A DNA stretch of 64,000 bases from positions 39,320-103,319 of IMG/VR virus record IMGVR_UViG_3300044815_000115; one strand, given 5' to 3'. Source of the DNA: a virus. The notes under the pieces were generated by a model. The model worked only from the letters and a program-made list of their open reading frames with translations. It was not told the origin of the DNA and did not search any database. Each line of letters starts with the position of its first letter. Positions within the stretch are counted from its first letter, which is position 1. The translations under genes were made by a program, and so were the position numbers. Below are positions 18,421 to 27,169 of this stretch, one piece after another.

Positions 18421-18612
18421 TCAGTCCTTGCGGGGTGGGCGCTCGGGGAGCTTGGCGCCGGGCTCCCGGAGGTACCAGGCGACGAGGGCGCGGATGACCT
18501 CCGAGCGACCGCGGTCGCCGACGAGTAGGCCTAGCCGATCCCAGAGATCACCAGAAAGCGCGATCTGGCGGCGGGGTGTGATCCGCCGCTTGTTCGGGTT
18601 CTCCTCGGCCAT
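18421..18612 (-). CDS. ribbon-helix-helix DNA-binding protein (antisense, likely leaderless)
   Basis: TPRRQIALSGDLW..RSEVIRALVAWYLREPGAKLPERP; -10 TACCTT 6 nt upstream. Confidence 0.8.
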   Translation of the reverse strand: MAEENPNKRRITPRRQIALSGDLWDRLGLLVGDRGRSEVIRALVAWYLREPGAKLPERPPRKD

Positions 18613-18748
18613 CCCCTAAAGGTACGGCGTGTCGGTACACGATTCGCCGCACTCTGTCTTGCGTGTACGTACACGAAGCGGTAGCCTCAGGATTGCTCGT
18701 GTAGGTACACAGATCCTGCGTTTCACCAGCCTAGAAGGGATCCAGCAC
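18613..18748. promoter_or_regulatory. divergent promoter with three GTGTNNGTACAC operators
   Basis: 18629-18640, 18663-18674 (perfect palindrome), 18699-18710; TTGCGT-N17-TAGCCT. Confidence 0.75.
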
Positions 18749-18937
18749 ATGCCCCACAAGACGCTCTACGTGTCACCAAAAGACGAGTCGCTCTGGGCAG
18801 CAGCACAGCGTGTCGCAGACAAGGCAGGGACCAGCGTTTCCCAGATCGTGACGCAGGCACTGAAGAACGACCTGCCACGTGTCGTTGCGGAACTTGATCA
18901 GCCCAAAACTGACGAGTGGGCTGATCTGGCCGCATGA
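18749..18937 (+). CDS. ribbon-helix-helix protein
   Basis: KTLYVSPKDESLWAAAQRVA..SVSQIVTQALK. Confidence 0.7.
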   Translation: MPHKTLYVSPKDESLWAAAQRVADKAGTSVSQIVTQALKNDLPRVVAELDQPKTDEWADLAA

Positions 18938-19545
18938 CCGCCCCGTCGATTCTCTTTCCGAAATACATCGAGCCGTTCGCCGAGCCACGCTGGTGGAAGC
19001 GCGACATTGCATCTCCGTTGCCGAACGGACCCGTGCCGCCAGGACTTCACGTGCGCTGCGCGACCCACGTGAAGTACGCGCTGAGTTGCCGTCAGTTCGA
19101 TCGGTTGCTCGCCCGCTCGGGCGGATGTTGCGAGGCGTGTGGGATGCCGGCCGCCGAGAACCGGTTCGGCACCCTATGCATCGACCATGAGCACGACCTC
19201 GGCGATTGGGCCGTTCGCGGACTTCTCTGCACTCCATGCAACGCGGCGCTACACCCTGGCGCTGCTACCCAGCCAAGATTCCGAGCGTATGTCCGGCGCT
19301 CGTTCTACCTGACGCTTCTCGCCGAGGCGGCCGTCACGGAGCTCAAGCCAGACGAACCTCCGCTGGGCACCGTCATGCTTGATCAGGGTGGACGCCCCTG
19401 GCGCCATGAGCCGGATTGCCTTCCCGGTTTGCGCTGGTATCCACGCCACCGCCACTACCCGCAGTCGCCCCGGAGCTGGGGCTGGCTTCTTAAGCGCGTC
19501 GGGCCGCTCTACCTCCGTCCGCATATCACCGTCGACGCGGCCTGA
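18934..19545 (+). CDS. endonuclease VII domain protein
   Basis: KYALS..F..L..CEACG..LCIDHEH..VRGLLCTPCNAAL. Confidence 0.85.
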   Translation: MTAPSILFPKYIEPFAEPRWWKRDIASPLPNGPVPPGLHVRCATHVKYALSCRQFDRLLARSGGCCEACGMPAAENRFGTLCIDHEHDLGDWAVRGLLCTPCNAALHPGAATQPRFRAYVRRSFYLTLLAEAAVTELKPDEPPLGTVMLDQGGRPWRHEPDCLPGLRWYPRHRHYPQSPRSWGWLLKRVGPLYLRPHITVDAA

Positions 19546-19579
19546 TCAACCCCCACGACATGGAGCAGGAGGCTTCCGC

Positions 19580-19792
19580 ATGCCAAGGAAAGACGGCCGG
19601 CCGGATCTGACGTACCGCGCGCCGATTCTGAGCGTCGATCTGGGCCCGTTCGGCTGGGAGATCTGGCCGTGCCACGAGTGCCTGCCCTGGCATGTGGAGT
19701 TCGTCCTCGACGACGGAAACTACTACGCCCGCGAGTGGCACGCGGCCGAGTGCCCGGTCCTAGTCGAACTTCTCAACCAGGGCCAGGCCTGA
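19580..19792 (+). CDS. hypothetical protein
   Basis: AGGAGG SD; CHEC..REWHAAECP. Confidence 0.6.
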   Translation: MPRKDGRPDLTYRAPILSVDLGPFGWEIWPCHECLPWHVEFVLDDGNYYAREWHAAECPVLVELLNQGQA

Positions 19793-20943
19793 TGTCCCGC
19801 AACTACGCCCAGTTCACCACCGCCATCTGGCGCCCGGGTGACGACTTCGGCAACCTCACCCGCAACGGCCAATGGGTTTACTTCATGCTGTCCACCCAGC
19901 CTGATATCAGCGCGGCCGGCACCTTGTCGCTCAACGTCCGGCGCTGGTCCGGCCGGTGCGCAGACGGGTCAAAGCAGGACGTGATCGACGGCCTCCAGGA
20001 GTTGAGCACCCATCGGTTCGTCTTCTACGACTACGACACCGAGGAGGTACTGCTGCGGGGCTTCATCAAGGCTGATGGCGGCTACGGCAACCGCAAGCGG
20101 AAGCCAGTGATCGAGCGCGCTGTCCGGGATGTGGAGTCGCCAACGCTGCGGAAGGTGCTCGCGGAGGAGCTGGCGAAGGTCGGCCTACCGGCGGAATGGG
20201 CATCGGATAGCCCATCGGACGTTCATCGCATGGCCTATCCGCTTGACGGTGACGAACCGCCGGAGGCAACGGGACGGGGGCAATCAGATTCAACGTTTCC
20301 GCAGGTCGATAGCCTATCCGATACCCTATCGGGTACGGCATCCGATAGCACATGCCGTTCTGACGGGGTTGTGGTTACTCAAGCTCTAGTAGTAGATCCC
20401 CAACCCTCAACCCGCAATCCTCAACCCGTTCCGCCCCCGGCGGACAGCGCTTCCGCGCCGTCGGAGCAAGTGGCGTTCGAGGGGATGCCCGAGGTGCCTG
20501 TCGTCGCAGAGACCGAGGAGCAGACCAGCTGGCGGCTGGCGCGGGCCTGGGAGAAACGACGACAGGACGCCCGGAAGCCGATCATCGCTCGCGGCAGCAA
20601 GAAGAAGCCCGACCAAGTCCTCATGCCGTTGAAGAACCTCATCCGCGGTGCCCTGATTGCGAAGTACACCGAGGGCGAGGTGAACGCAGCCCTTGAGGCG
20701 TGCAACGAGGGGATTCCGACGGGCAACAGGTTCGACAAGGTCATTGCGGATCTCCGAGATGCCGCTGCGGCAGAAGACCCAAACAACCAAGGGCGCGCCG
20801 GTTCATCGCTCGCCCGCAGGCCGATGCCGGACCAAGTACGTCGTTCAACATCAGCGCTGCGCGCCGAGCAGGCGCTCTCTGTCGCTGACGAACTTGATCG
20901 TGAATACGGACACGGGCTCTATGCCCAGGAAGGAACCCAATGA
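19792..20943 (+). CDS. phage replication initiator protein
   Basis: N-terminal wHTH-like domain (IW..DF..L..QWVYFML..QPDISAAG.L), internal iterons, followed by loader and DnaB. Confidence 0.75.
   Translation: MSRNYAQFTTAIWRPGDDFGNLTRNGQWVYFMLSTQPDISAAGTLSLNVRRWSGRCADGSKQDVIDGLQELSTHRFVFYDYDTEEVLLRGFIKADGGYGNRKRKPVIERAVRDVESPTLRKVLAEELAKVGLPAEWASDSPSDVHRMAYPLDGDEPPEATGRGQSDSTFPQVDSLSDTLSGTASDSTCRSDGVVVTQALVVDPQPSTRNPQPVPPPADSASAPSEQVAFEGMPEVPVVAETEEQTSWRLARAWEKRRQDARKPIIARGSKKKPDQVLMPLKNLIRGALIAKYTEGEVNAALEACNEGIPTGNRFDKVIADLRDAAAAEDPNNQGRAGSSLARRPMPDQVRRSTSALRAEQALSVADELDREYGHGLYAQEGTQ
20206..20430. repeat. putative replication origin: 12-bp iterons plus 7-bp repeats
   Basis: GATAGCCTATCC/GATACCCTATCG/GGTACGGCATCC/GATAGCACATGC at 20308-20355; CCNCAAY x4 near 20398-20425. 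Confidence 0.65.
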
Positions 20944-21386
20944 CACCCGGAGAGGCGGCCAGGCTGCTCGCGGCCTGCGCCATGTACGACTTCCGAACGG
21001 TCGAGAAGGCCGACGGGATCGCATGGCATCACGTGATCGGCGATCTCGACTTCGACGATGCGATGGAGTCGGTGCGCCAGCACTACCAGAACTCGACGGA
21101 CCGCATGATGCCCGCCCACGTCCGCCAGGGCGTGAAGGCGATCCGGGCCGAACGGCGTCGACAGGAACCGTCGGAGGCGACTGCGCTGCCGTCACCGTTC
21201 GAGCAGGACATGAACCGGCAGGTCCGTATGGAGGCTGGCGCGGCCAGTGTCCGGGAGGTGCTGGCAAGGATCACCTCCCACCTGGACCAGAAGTCCCCGG
21301 CGCCGGTGTCGGCGATGGAGCAGCTGCGGGCGATCACTCCAGGACCGGACTGGGCCGGCGACGAGCAGGACGGGGATCAGCGATGA
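20940..21386 (+). CDS. helicase loader/inhibitor-like protein
   Basis: MTPGEAARLL..D.R..AW..L.FDDAM.SVRQHY..MPAHV; between initiator and DnaB. Confidence 0.7.
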   Translation: MTPGEAARLLAACAMYDFRTVEKADGIAWHHVIGDLDFDDAMESVRQHYQNSTDRMMPAHVRQGVKAIRAERRRQEPSEATALPSPFEQDMNRQVRMEAGAASVREVLARITSHLDQKSPAPVSAMEQLRAITPGPDWAGDEQDGDQR

Positions 21387-22726
21387 CCGAGGGCAGGTCC
21401 GACCGGATGCCGCCGCAGGACGTCGAGGCGGAGCAGGCGACGCTGGGCGGGATGCTGCTGTCGAAGGACACCATCGACGCCGTGTCGGAGATCCTGGCTC
21501 CGGGAGACTTCTACCGGCCGATCCACAAGACGGTGTTCGACGCGATCGTCGGGTTGCACGCGAAGGGCGAGCCGGCCGATTCCCGCACCGTCACCGGGGC
21601 ACTGTTCGACTCCGGTGACCTGGTGCGGGTCGGTGGTGCCCCGTACCTGCACACCCTGACGGAGTGCGTCCCGACCGCGGCGAGCGCCCCGTACTACGCG
21701 CGGATCGTCGCCGACCGGGCCGTGTCCCGGCGTCTGGTCGAGGCGGGCATCCGTATCACCCAGTTGGGTTACGGCTCCGCTGCCGGTGACGGGGTTGAGT
21801 TGTCCGATGTCGTCGACCTGGCGCAGCAGGCCGTGTACGACATCACCGTCGACCGTGGCGCGAGCGAATACTCGCGGCTCGACGAGATGCTGCAGCCCAC
21901 CCTCGACGACATCGAGGCCGCCGCCGGCAAGGACGGCCGGATGTCGGGGGTGCCGACCGGTTTCATCGACATGGACCGGCTCCTCAACGGCCTACAGCCA
22001 GGTCAGGTCATCGTCGTTGCTGGACGGCCAGGGCTCGGCAAGTCGACGGTGGGTTTGGACGTCGTCCGGCATGCGGCGATCCGGGCGGATATGGCGTCGG
22101 CGTTCTTCACCTTGGAGATGAGCAAGGTGGAGGTGGTCACGCGCCTACTGTCGGCCGAGGCCCGCGTGCCGATGCATGTCCTGCGCTCGGGGCAACTTTC
22201 CGACGACGACTGGGCACGACTGGCCCGACGCATGGGGGAGATCTCCGAAGCGCCGATCTTCGTCGACGACACCCCGAGCATGGGTTTGGCGGACATCCGT
22301 GCCAAGGCGCGGCAGTTGAAGAAGCGCCACAACCTGCGGCTGCTGGTCGTCGACTATCTGCAGCTGATGACCTCGCCGAAGCGGACGGAGAGCCGGCAGC
22401 AGGAGGTTTCGGACCTGTCGCGGAGTCTGAAGCTGCTGGCGAAGGAGATCGAGTGTCCGATCATCGCGGTGAGCCAGTTGAACCGGGGCCCGGAGAATCG
22501 TCAGGACAAGCGTCCGCAACTGTCCGACCTGCGCGAGTCGGGTTCGATCGAGCAGGACGCTGACGTGGTGATCCTGCTGCACCGCGACGACTACTACGAC
22601 AAGGAGTCGGCCCGCGCAGGCGAGGCGGATTTCATCGTGGCTAAACACCGCAATGGCCCGACGGACACGGTCACGGTCGCCGCCCAACTGCACTTCTCAC
22701 GCTTCGTCGATATGGCGATCGCATGA
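21383..22726 (+). CDS. dnaB: replicative DNA helicase
   Basis: PPQDVEAEQ, AGRPGLGKS, VVDYLQL, SQLNRG, LRESGSIEQDAD, KHRNGPT. Confidence 0.97.
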   Translation: MTEGRSDRMPPQDVEAEQATLGGMLLSKDTIDAVSEILAPGDFYRPIHKTVFDAIVGLHAKGEPADSRTVTGALFDSGDLVRVGGAPYLHTLTECVPTAASAPYYARIVADRAVSRRLVEAGIRITQLGYGSAAGDGVELSDVVDLAQQAVYDITVDRGASEYSRLDEMLQPTLDDIEAAAGKDGRMSGVPTGFIDMDRLLNGLQPGQVIVVAGRPGLGKSTVGLDVVRHAAIRADMASAFFTLEMSKVEVVTRLLSAEARVPMHVLRSGQLSDDDWARLARRMGEISEAPIFVDDTPSMGLADIRAKARQLKKRHNLRLLVVDYLQLMTSPKRTESRQQEVSDLSRSLKLLAKEIECPIIAVSQLNRGPENRQDKRPQLSDLRESGSIEQDADVVILLHRDDYYDKESARAGEADFIVAKHRNGPTDTVTVAAQLHFSRFVDMAIA

Positions 22727-22731
22727 CGTAC

Positions 22732-22766
22732 CGGGGACCTGAACGATCTCAGCGCTCAGGTCCCCG
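22732..22766 (+). terminator. 11-bp stem hairpin after dnaB
   Basis: CGGGGACCTGA...TCAGGTCCCCG. Confidence 0.55.
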
Positions 22767-22825
22767 CACCCCTGGTTCTACCGCACCGCTCGCACGAACC
22801 CAAGCCAATCGACCAAGGAGTGATC

Positions 22826-23110
22826 ATGCTTCATGAACTGAAGACCTGGCCCGGCTACTTCGAGCGGATCGCTGACGGCACGAAGACGTTCGAGATCCGC
22901 CGTAACGACCGTGGCTTCCAGACGGGCGACACGCTGCAATTGCGCGAGTACAACCCGGCGGGCGACCACGACGAGTGCGCCGACGACCAGTGCTCGACGA
23001 AGCGATACACCGGTCAGGAGGCGTTCCGCAAGGTCGGCTTCGTTGCCGCTGGCACCCTGTTCGGCCTGGAACTCGGCGAGTACGTCGTCATGTCGCTGGT
23101 GCGCTCATGA
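22826..23110 (+). CDS. DUF3850 / ASCH-like protein
   Basis: HELKTWPGYF..GTKTFEIRRNDRGFQTGDTLQLREY. Confidence 0.85.
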   Translation: MLHELKTWPGYFERIADGTKTFEIRRNDRGFQTGDTLQLREYNPAGDHDECADDQCSTKRYTGQEAFRKVGFVAAGTLFGLELGEYVVMSLVRS

Positions 23111-23535
23111 CTACAGATGAGGCGATCTGCACGTTGAGCCACGCCGAGCACTTCGCCACCTGGCAATCGTGGCGCGACGACTGCGACGGGTGCGGCTTCG
23201 GGATGCAAGACCCCGACCAGTGCGACCGCGGGCATCCCGACGACGGGGTCACGTTCTGTGGCGTCTGCGGTTGGGACGTCGTCTACAACGCGCTGAAGGT
23301 CGGCGAGCTGTCGGCGATCTGTGACAAGGCGGAGGCGTCCGGGGTGAGCACCGACGGCTGGTCCATCGCCGAGACGATCCGCGCGTTCCCGCTCACCGAC
23401 GAGGAGCGGGTGAAGGTCCGCCGGGATCAGGAGGCGGCGCAAGCCCGTGCTCGCGCGAACTGGACGCCGGAGCAGTGGGCGTCGTTCCGGGCGAACTGCG
23501 AGCGGGCCGACCGCTACTGGGAGGCGATGGCGTAA
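23107..23535 (+). CDS. hypothetical protein
   Basis: ATGA-coupled; CxxC motifs. Confidence 0.6.
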   Translation: MTTDEAICTLSHAEHFATWQSWRDDCDGCGFGMQDPDQCDRGHPDDGVTFCGVCGWDVVYNALKVGELSAICDKAEASGVSTDGWSIAETIRAFPLTDEERVKVRRDQEAAQARARANWTPEQWASFRANCERADRYWEAMA

Positions 23536-23610
23536 CCATGCTGACCTGCGACGGACCGGCGGATACGACCCGCCCCCAGCCTGCCGAACCAGTCCAGAAA
23601 GATTAATCCC

Positions 23611-23805
23611 TTGCTCGCCTGTCACGCCTGGCTCCGCACCGACTGGCTGGTCCGTGCCGGCTTCACCCTCGAGACCACCGCGGACGGCGGCCGCTGGGCT
23701 GTGCGTGACGGGCGCCGATTCGATCTCGACCCGGGGTGCGCGTGCGGGCAGGACGTCTGCCCGCCGCACCCGATCACCTATCTGAGCCTCAAGGAGGCGG
23801 CATGA
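23611..23805 (+). CDS. hypothetical protein (start uncertain)
   Basis: coupled to next gene with AAGGAGG SD. Confidence 0.4.
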   Translation: MLACHAWLRTDWLVRAGFTLETTADGGRWAVRDGRRFDLDPGCACGQDVCPPHPITYLSLKEAA

Positions 23806-24224
23806 CCGACACGACACCATCGCTGGCGTTACTGCGTCGCCAGGTCGCTGCCCTGCTGTCGGAGATCGACACCGCGACACTGCCCCGCCCCGACAAGCTG
23901 AACGGCCGCGCCACGAAGAAGCCCGGCTGCGAGTGGAAGCCGCGCAAGGGCTGGTCGGTGTTCACGATCGAGAACGGCGACAGTGCCGGCATGGTGTACC
24001 TCGACCACGAGTGCGACGACATCGACTACCGCTGGGGCGAGCCGGGCGACTGGGAGTCCCTGCGCATCGAGGACGCCCGCGCGATTGGCCTTGCGTTCCT
24101 GGCTGCCGCCGCGCGGGCTGAGGAGTTGTTCGTCGGCGTGACCCGCCTACCAGAGCGGCAGCCAGTCGACGGCGAGCAGGACGGCGAGGCTGCGCAGGTG
24201 CGCGAGTTCAGGAGCCGCAGATGA
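23802..24224 (+). CDS. hypothetical protein
   Basis: strong SD; ATGA-coupled. Confidence 0.65.
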   Translation: MTDTTPSLALLRRQVAALLSEIDTATLPRPDKLNGRATKKPGCEWKPRKGWSVFTIENGDSAGMVYLDHECDDIDYRWGEPGDWESLRIEDARAIGLAFLAAAARAEELFVGVTRLPERQPVDGEQDGEAAQVREFRSRR

Positions 24225-25003
24225 CCACGGAGCACACCTTCACGGCCCTGCGCGCCCACGAGCGCACCACCGCAGCCCTGATGGCCGACCCGCAGATCGT
24301 CGGGGATCTTCTCCTCGTCGGGCTGTGGCTGTCCCGCGCCGTCCACCTGCAGGAGCCCGCGCCGGGTGAAGGCGGCTGGTCGATGCGGGACATGGCCGCC
24401 GACCTGTTCCCGCCGTGCACCCCGCTTCCGGTGGGGTCGTTCAACGGCGTCCCCGACCGACCCGACCCGGACCTGAACCTGCGGCGGATCCGAGAGGTCG
24501 TCAAGAACGACGTCCGCCGGTACGACCCGTGGGCCGACCTGCCCGCTGGTAGACCCAAGACCACCCCGTGCGCCGGCCCGGCCGCACGCAAGCCGGTGTG
24601 CGGGAAGCCCGCGTACACGTGGTCAATGGTCACCGACCCCGCCACGGGACGGCGGCGGATGCTCGGTGCGTGCCGTAGACACATCGACTGGTACTGGCAG
24701 GAACGGGACGCGAACCGGGCTGCGTGCGAGGCTGTGGCGGTTCCGCGCCCACCGGCGAACACCGGCGGGAACCTGGCCCGGCACATCGACGCGATTGACT
24801 GGCCGGCGCTGTGGGGGGTGTTGGACCCGGAGTGGACGGCACCGCCGGAGTGCGACTCGTGGGTGCGTCCGAAGCTCAAGCTGCTGACGGGTGATCTCGA
24901 CGCCCGGCAGGCTGGGCTGGCCGAGAAGCCACGGGCTCCCCGTCCGAGGTTCGGGGTCATCGACGGCGCGATGTCGTCCGAGTCCGCACTGGCGCTTTCG
25001 TGA
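24221..25003 (+). CDS. phage hypothetical protein (Zn-binding)
   Basis: AGGAG SD; C..CGK..CRRH..PANTGG.LARH..IDW. Confidence 0.7.
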   Translation: MTTEHTFTALRAHERTTAALMADPQIVGDLLLVGLWLSRAVHLQEPAPGEGGWSMRDMAADLFPPCTPLPVGSFNGVPDRPDPDLNLRRIREVVKNDVRRYDPWADLPAGRPKTTPCAGPAARKPVCGKPAYTWSMVTDPATGRRRMLGACRRHIDWYWQERDANRAACEAVAVPRPPANTGGNLARHIDAIDWPALWGVLDPEWTAPPECDSWVRPKLKLLTGDLDARQAGLAEKPRAPRPRFGVIDGAMSSESALALS

Positions 25004-25269
25004 CCGCCTGGCCCACGGTGACAGCGACCGGCCGCCATCCGGCGGGTGCGTTCTCCGCAGGCGTGCCGCAGCGGACACGAATCAGGCGCCGAGCAGCGAA
25101 CTACAGCCCTGTACTTCCGGCCGCAATGTTGTCGCTGGCCTGCGGAAACGGCACCGTTGACAACGTTGGGGGCGCCCGTTCGGTGGAAGCAATGGGCCTC
25201 TGGATAGCCATGCCCACCCGGCCGTCCGGGTTCCCCCACCAGCCCGTGTACCGGCCGGGCACGGTCTGA
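25000..25269 (+). CDS. hypothetical protein (doubtful; may only be a coupling ORF)
   Basis: GTGA-coupled and abuts next ATG, atypical codons. Confidence 0.3.
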   Translation: MTAWPTVTATGRHPAGAFSAGVPQRTRIRRRAANYSPVLPAAMLSLACGNGTVDNVGGARSVEAMGLWIAMPTRPSGFPHQPVYRPGTV

Positions 25270-25491
25270 ATGTTCCCCGACCCGACCCCGATACCCCGCG
25301 CCCGCTGCGAGGACTGCGGGACGCTGGCGCGCGTGGATCGTATGGTCCACGGCCTGGGGTCGAAGTGTGCCCGCGACGCTGGCCTGATCGTGTCAACACC
25401 CCGGCTGCGCACGGACGCGCAGACTGGCCCGGACCTGTTGGACCTGCTCGACGACGAACCGGAGGATCACTGTGACGGATGGGATCGGTGA
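25270..25491 (+). CDS. small Zn-finger protein (DUF6011-like)
   Basis: RCEDCG..GLGSKCAR. Confidence 0.6.
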   Translation: MFPDPTPIPRARCEDCGTLARVDRMVHGLGSKCARDAGLIVSTPRLRTDAQTGPDLLDLLDDEPEDHCDGWDR

Positions 25492-25933
25492 CCCGTCAAC
25501 CCCTGAGGGCCGACTGCTCGGCGAGGCGGTCCGCGCAAGTGGCCGTTCCGTCAGGGCCTTCGCCCGTGAGTCGGGTATCAGCGACACCCGCTGGCGTCAC
25601 ATTGTCGCGGGCTGGCAGTCGGCGCCTGGTGGGGGCCGCACCGATGCTCACGCCACGGCGGCCACTCTTGCCCGGATGGCATTCGTTGCCGGCGTCACTG
25701 AGCAGCAGTTGGAGGAGGCCGGGCGGGCGGATGCGGCGGTGAGGCTGGCGGAACTCCGGGCCGTATCGGACAGGGGAACCGGCGGCCCGACCGCGTTCGA
25801 AGATCTGGAACTGATCTTCAGTTCATCACTGTCGGCCGAGCGGAAGTTGACGGTGATCCGGATGGTGTTGCAGCTGCATGCGGAGATTGAGGGCCAGTTG
25901 CCGCCCGGCGGCGGGCAGGATGTGCAGCCGTGA
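25472..25933 (+). CDS. XRE-like HTH regulator
   Basis: GGAGG SD; SVRAFARESGISDTRWRHIVAG..ATLARMA..GVT..QL..AGR.DAA. Confidence 0.75.
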   Translation: MTDGIGDPSTPEGRLLGEAVRASGRSVRAFARESGISDTRWRHIVAGWQSAPGGGRTDAHATAATLARMAFVAGVTEQQLEEAGRADAAVRLAELRAVSDRGTGGPTAFEDLELIFSSSLSAERKLTVIRMVLQLHAEIEGQLPPGGGQDVQP

Positions 25934-26343
25934 CCGAGCCGCCCGAGCACCGCGTCTGCCGTACCAAGACCACACCGGAGCGCCGGGGTGTCGAGTCCGC
26001 GCTGAACGAGTGGCGGCTCGGGGACTCCAACTGGCGCAACGTCTACATCGGCACCCGGCATGTCGGCGTGATCTGGGAGTCCGGACTGCCCGCGCTGGTC
26101 ATCGCGGCGATGAACGGTGACCCGGATCGTGATGAGCGGCTGCGGCATGCCGGGGCGGTCGGGGCGGCCCGTGACATCGAAGCGGAGCTGCAGACCCATT
26201 TCGACCTGACCGGCGATCCGGGTGTCCGGGAGGCTGCGGCTGTCGTGCGGGCGTACGTCGCGCGGGGCTTCCAGCGGCACGCAGAGCCTCCAGAGTGGCC
26301 CGGTGGGCACACGGGTACCCCCGAACCGCCACAGACGCTCTGA
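25930..26343 (+). CDS. hypothetical protein
   Basis: GTGA-coupled. Confidence 0.55.
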   Translation: MTEPPEHRVCRTKTTPERRGVESALNEWRLGDSNWRNVYIGTRHVGVIWESGLPALVIAAMNGDPDRDERLRHAGAVGAARDIEAELQTHFDLTGDPGVREAAAVVRAYVARGFQRHAEPPEWPGGHTGTPEPPQTL

Positions 26344-26455
26344 ACGGGTTCGGCGGGTCAGCCGGTTGAACGATCGGCGTGCGGTCTCCGATGTGGCAGG
26401 CTGTGACCTCGTTGCGTGGCAGGCTCGCATGTGGCCTGACCTGCGGATACACTAA

Positions 26456-27043
26456 ATGGACCTGGGGGTGAATGTGGAACTACTCGACCGAATCACGGCC
26501 GCGATCGACGGCAGATGCCCGTGCGGCGCCGAACCGCGCGACGGGTCCGCGTACTGCTCGTACGACTGCGAACCGACCCACGTCTCGATCCACACCGATC
26601 AGCGGGAGGTCGGCGAGTACGCCACCCCGATGCGGTGGCGGCCCGACCTCGTCACGGCGGCCGACGACACCGACCTGACCCTGCTCAGCTCGGAGACGTT
26701 CTACACCGGTCGCTTCCACGCCCAACTCTTCCAGCGGGGCGAACTGGTCCGCGGTGCCATCGTCTGGCACCTGCGTTTGGACGACGGGTATCGCTTCGTC
26801 GGCGTCGACATGGACACAACTGGGACGCCTGCCGAGTTGTCCGACCGCATCGACGGTAGGTGGGCGGCGCTCGAACGGGAACTCGGCAACAGCCGGCACG
26901 TCGAAGCCGATCCGTGGGCGGACGTCATGCGCGATGTCGGCGAGCAGATCGACCGGCAGATCAACCCCCGCTTCCACTGGTACTGGCCCGCATCTGCGCC
27001 GGTCGGCACCCCGGCAAGCCTCCGGATCATCCTGACCGCATAG
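26456..27043 (+). CDS. hypothetical protein
   Basis: CPCG..YCSYDC; -10 TACACT upstream. Confidence 0.6.
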   Translation: MDLGVNVELLDRITAAIDGRCPCGAEPRDGSAYCSYDCEPTHVSIHTDQREVGEYATPMRWRPDLVTAADDTDLTLLSSETFYTGRFHAQLFQRGELVRGAIVWHLRLDDGYRFVGVDMDTTGTPAELSDRIDGRWAALERELGNSRHVEADPWADVMRDVGEQIDRQINPRFHWYWPASAPVGTPASLRIILTA

Positions 27044-27169
27044 ACGGGAAGGCGGCGCCGGAACACACCCCGACGCCGCCGAACAGTCGCCCATCCTCCA
27101 CCGCGCTCGAAGTTGCCGCCTCGATCGCTGGCCAGCAAGGTACACGACCAGCGCATTCAGGGGTGGACC

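Noticed and set aside
20693-21382. N-terminal extension making DnaB 677 aa
   Set aside because: It overlaps the initiator and loader genes; the real start is the ATGA-coupled ATG at 21383.
25472-25933. Main immunity repressor
   Set aside because: It is XRE-like but co-oriented within the lytic operon with no divergent operator region; the immunity region is probably outside the window.
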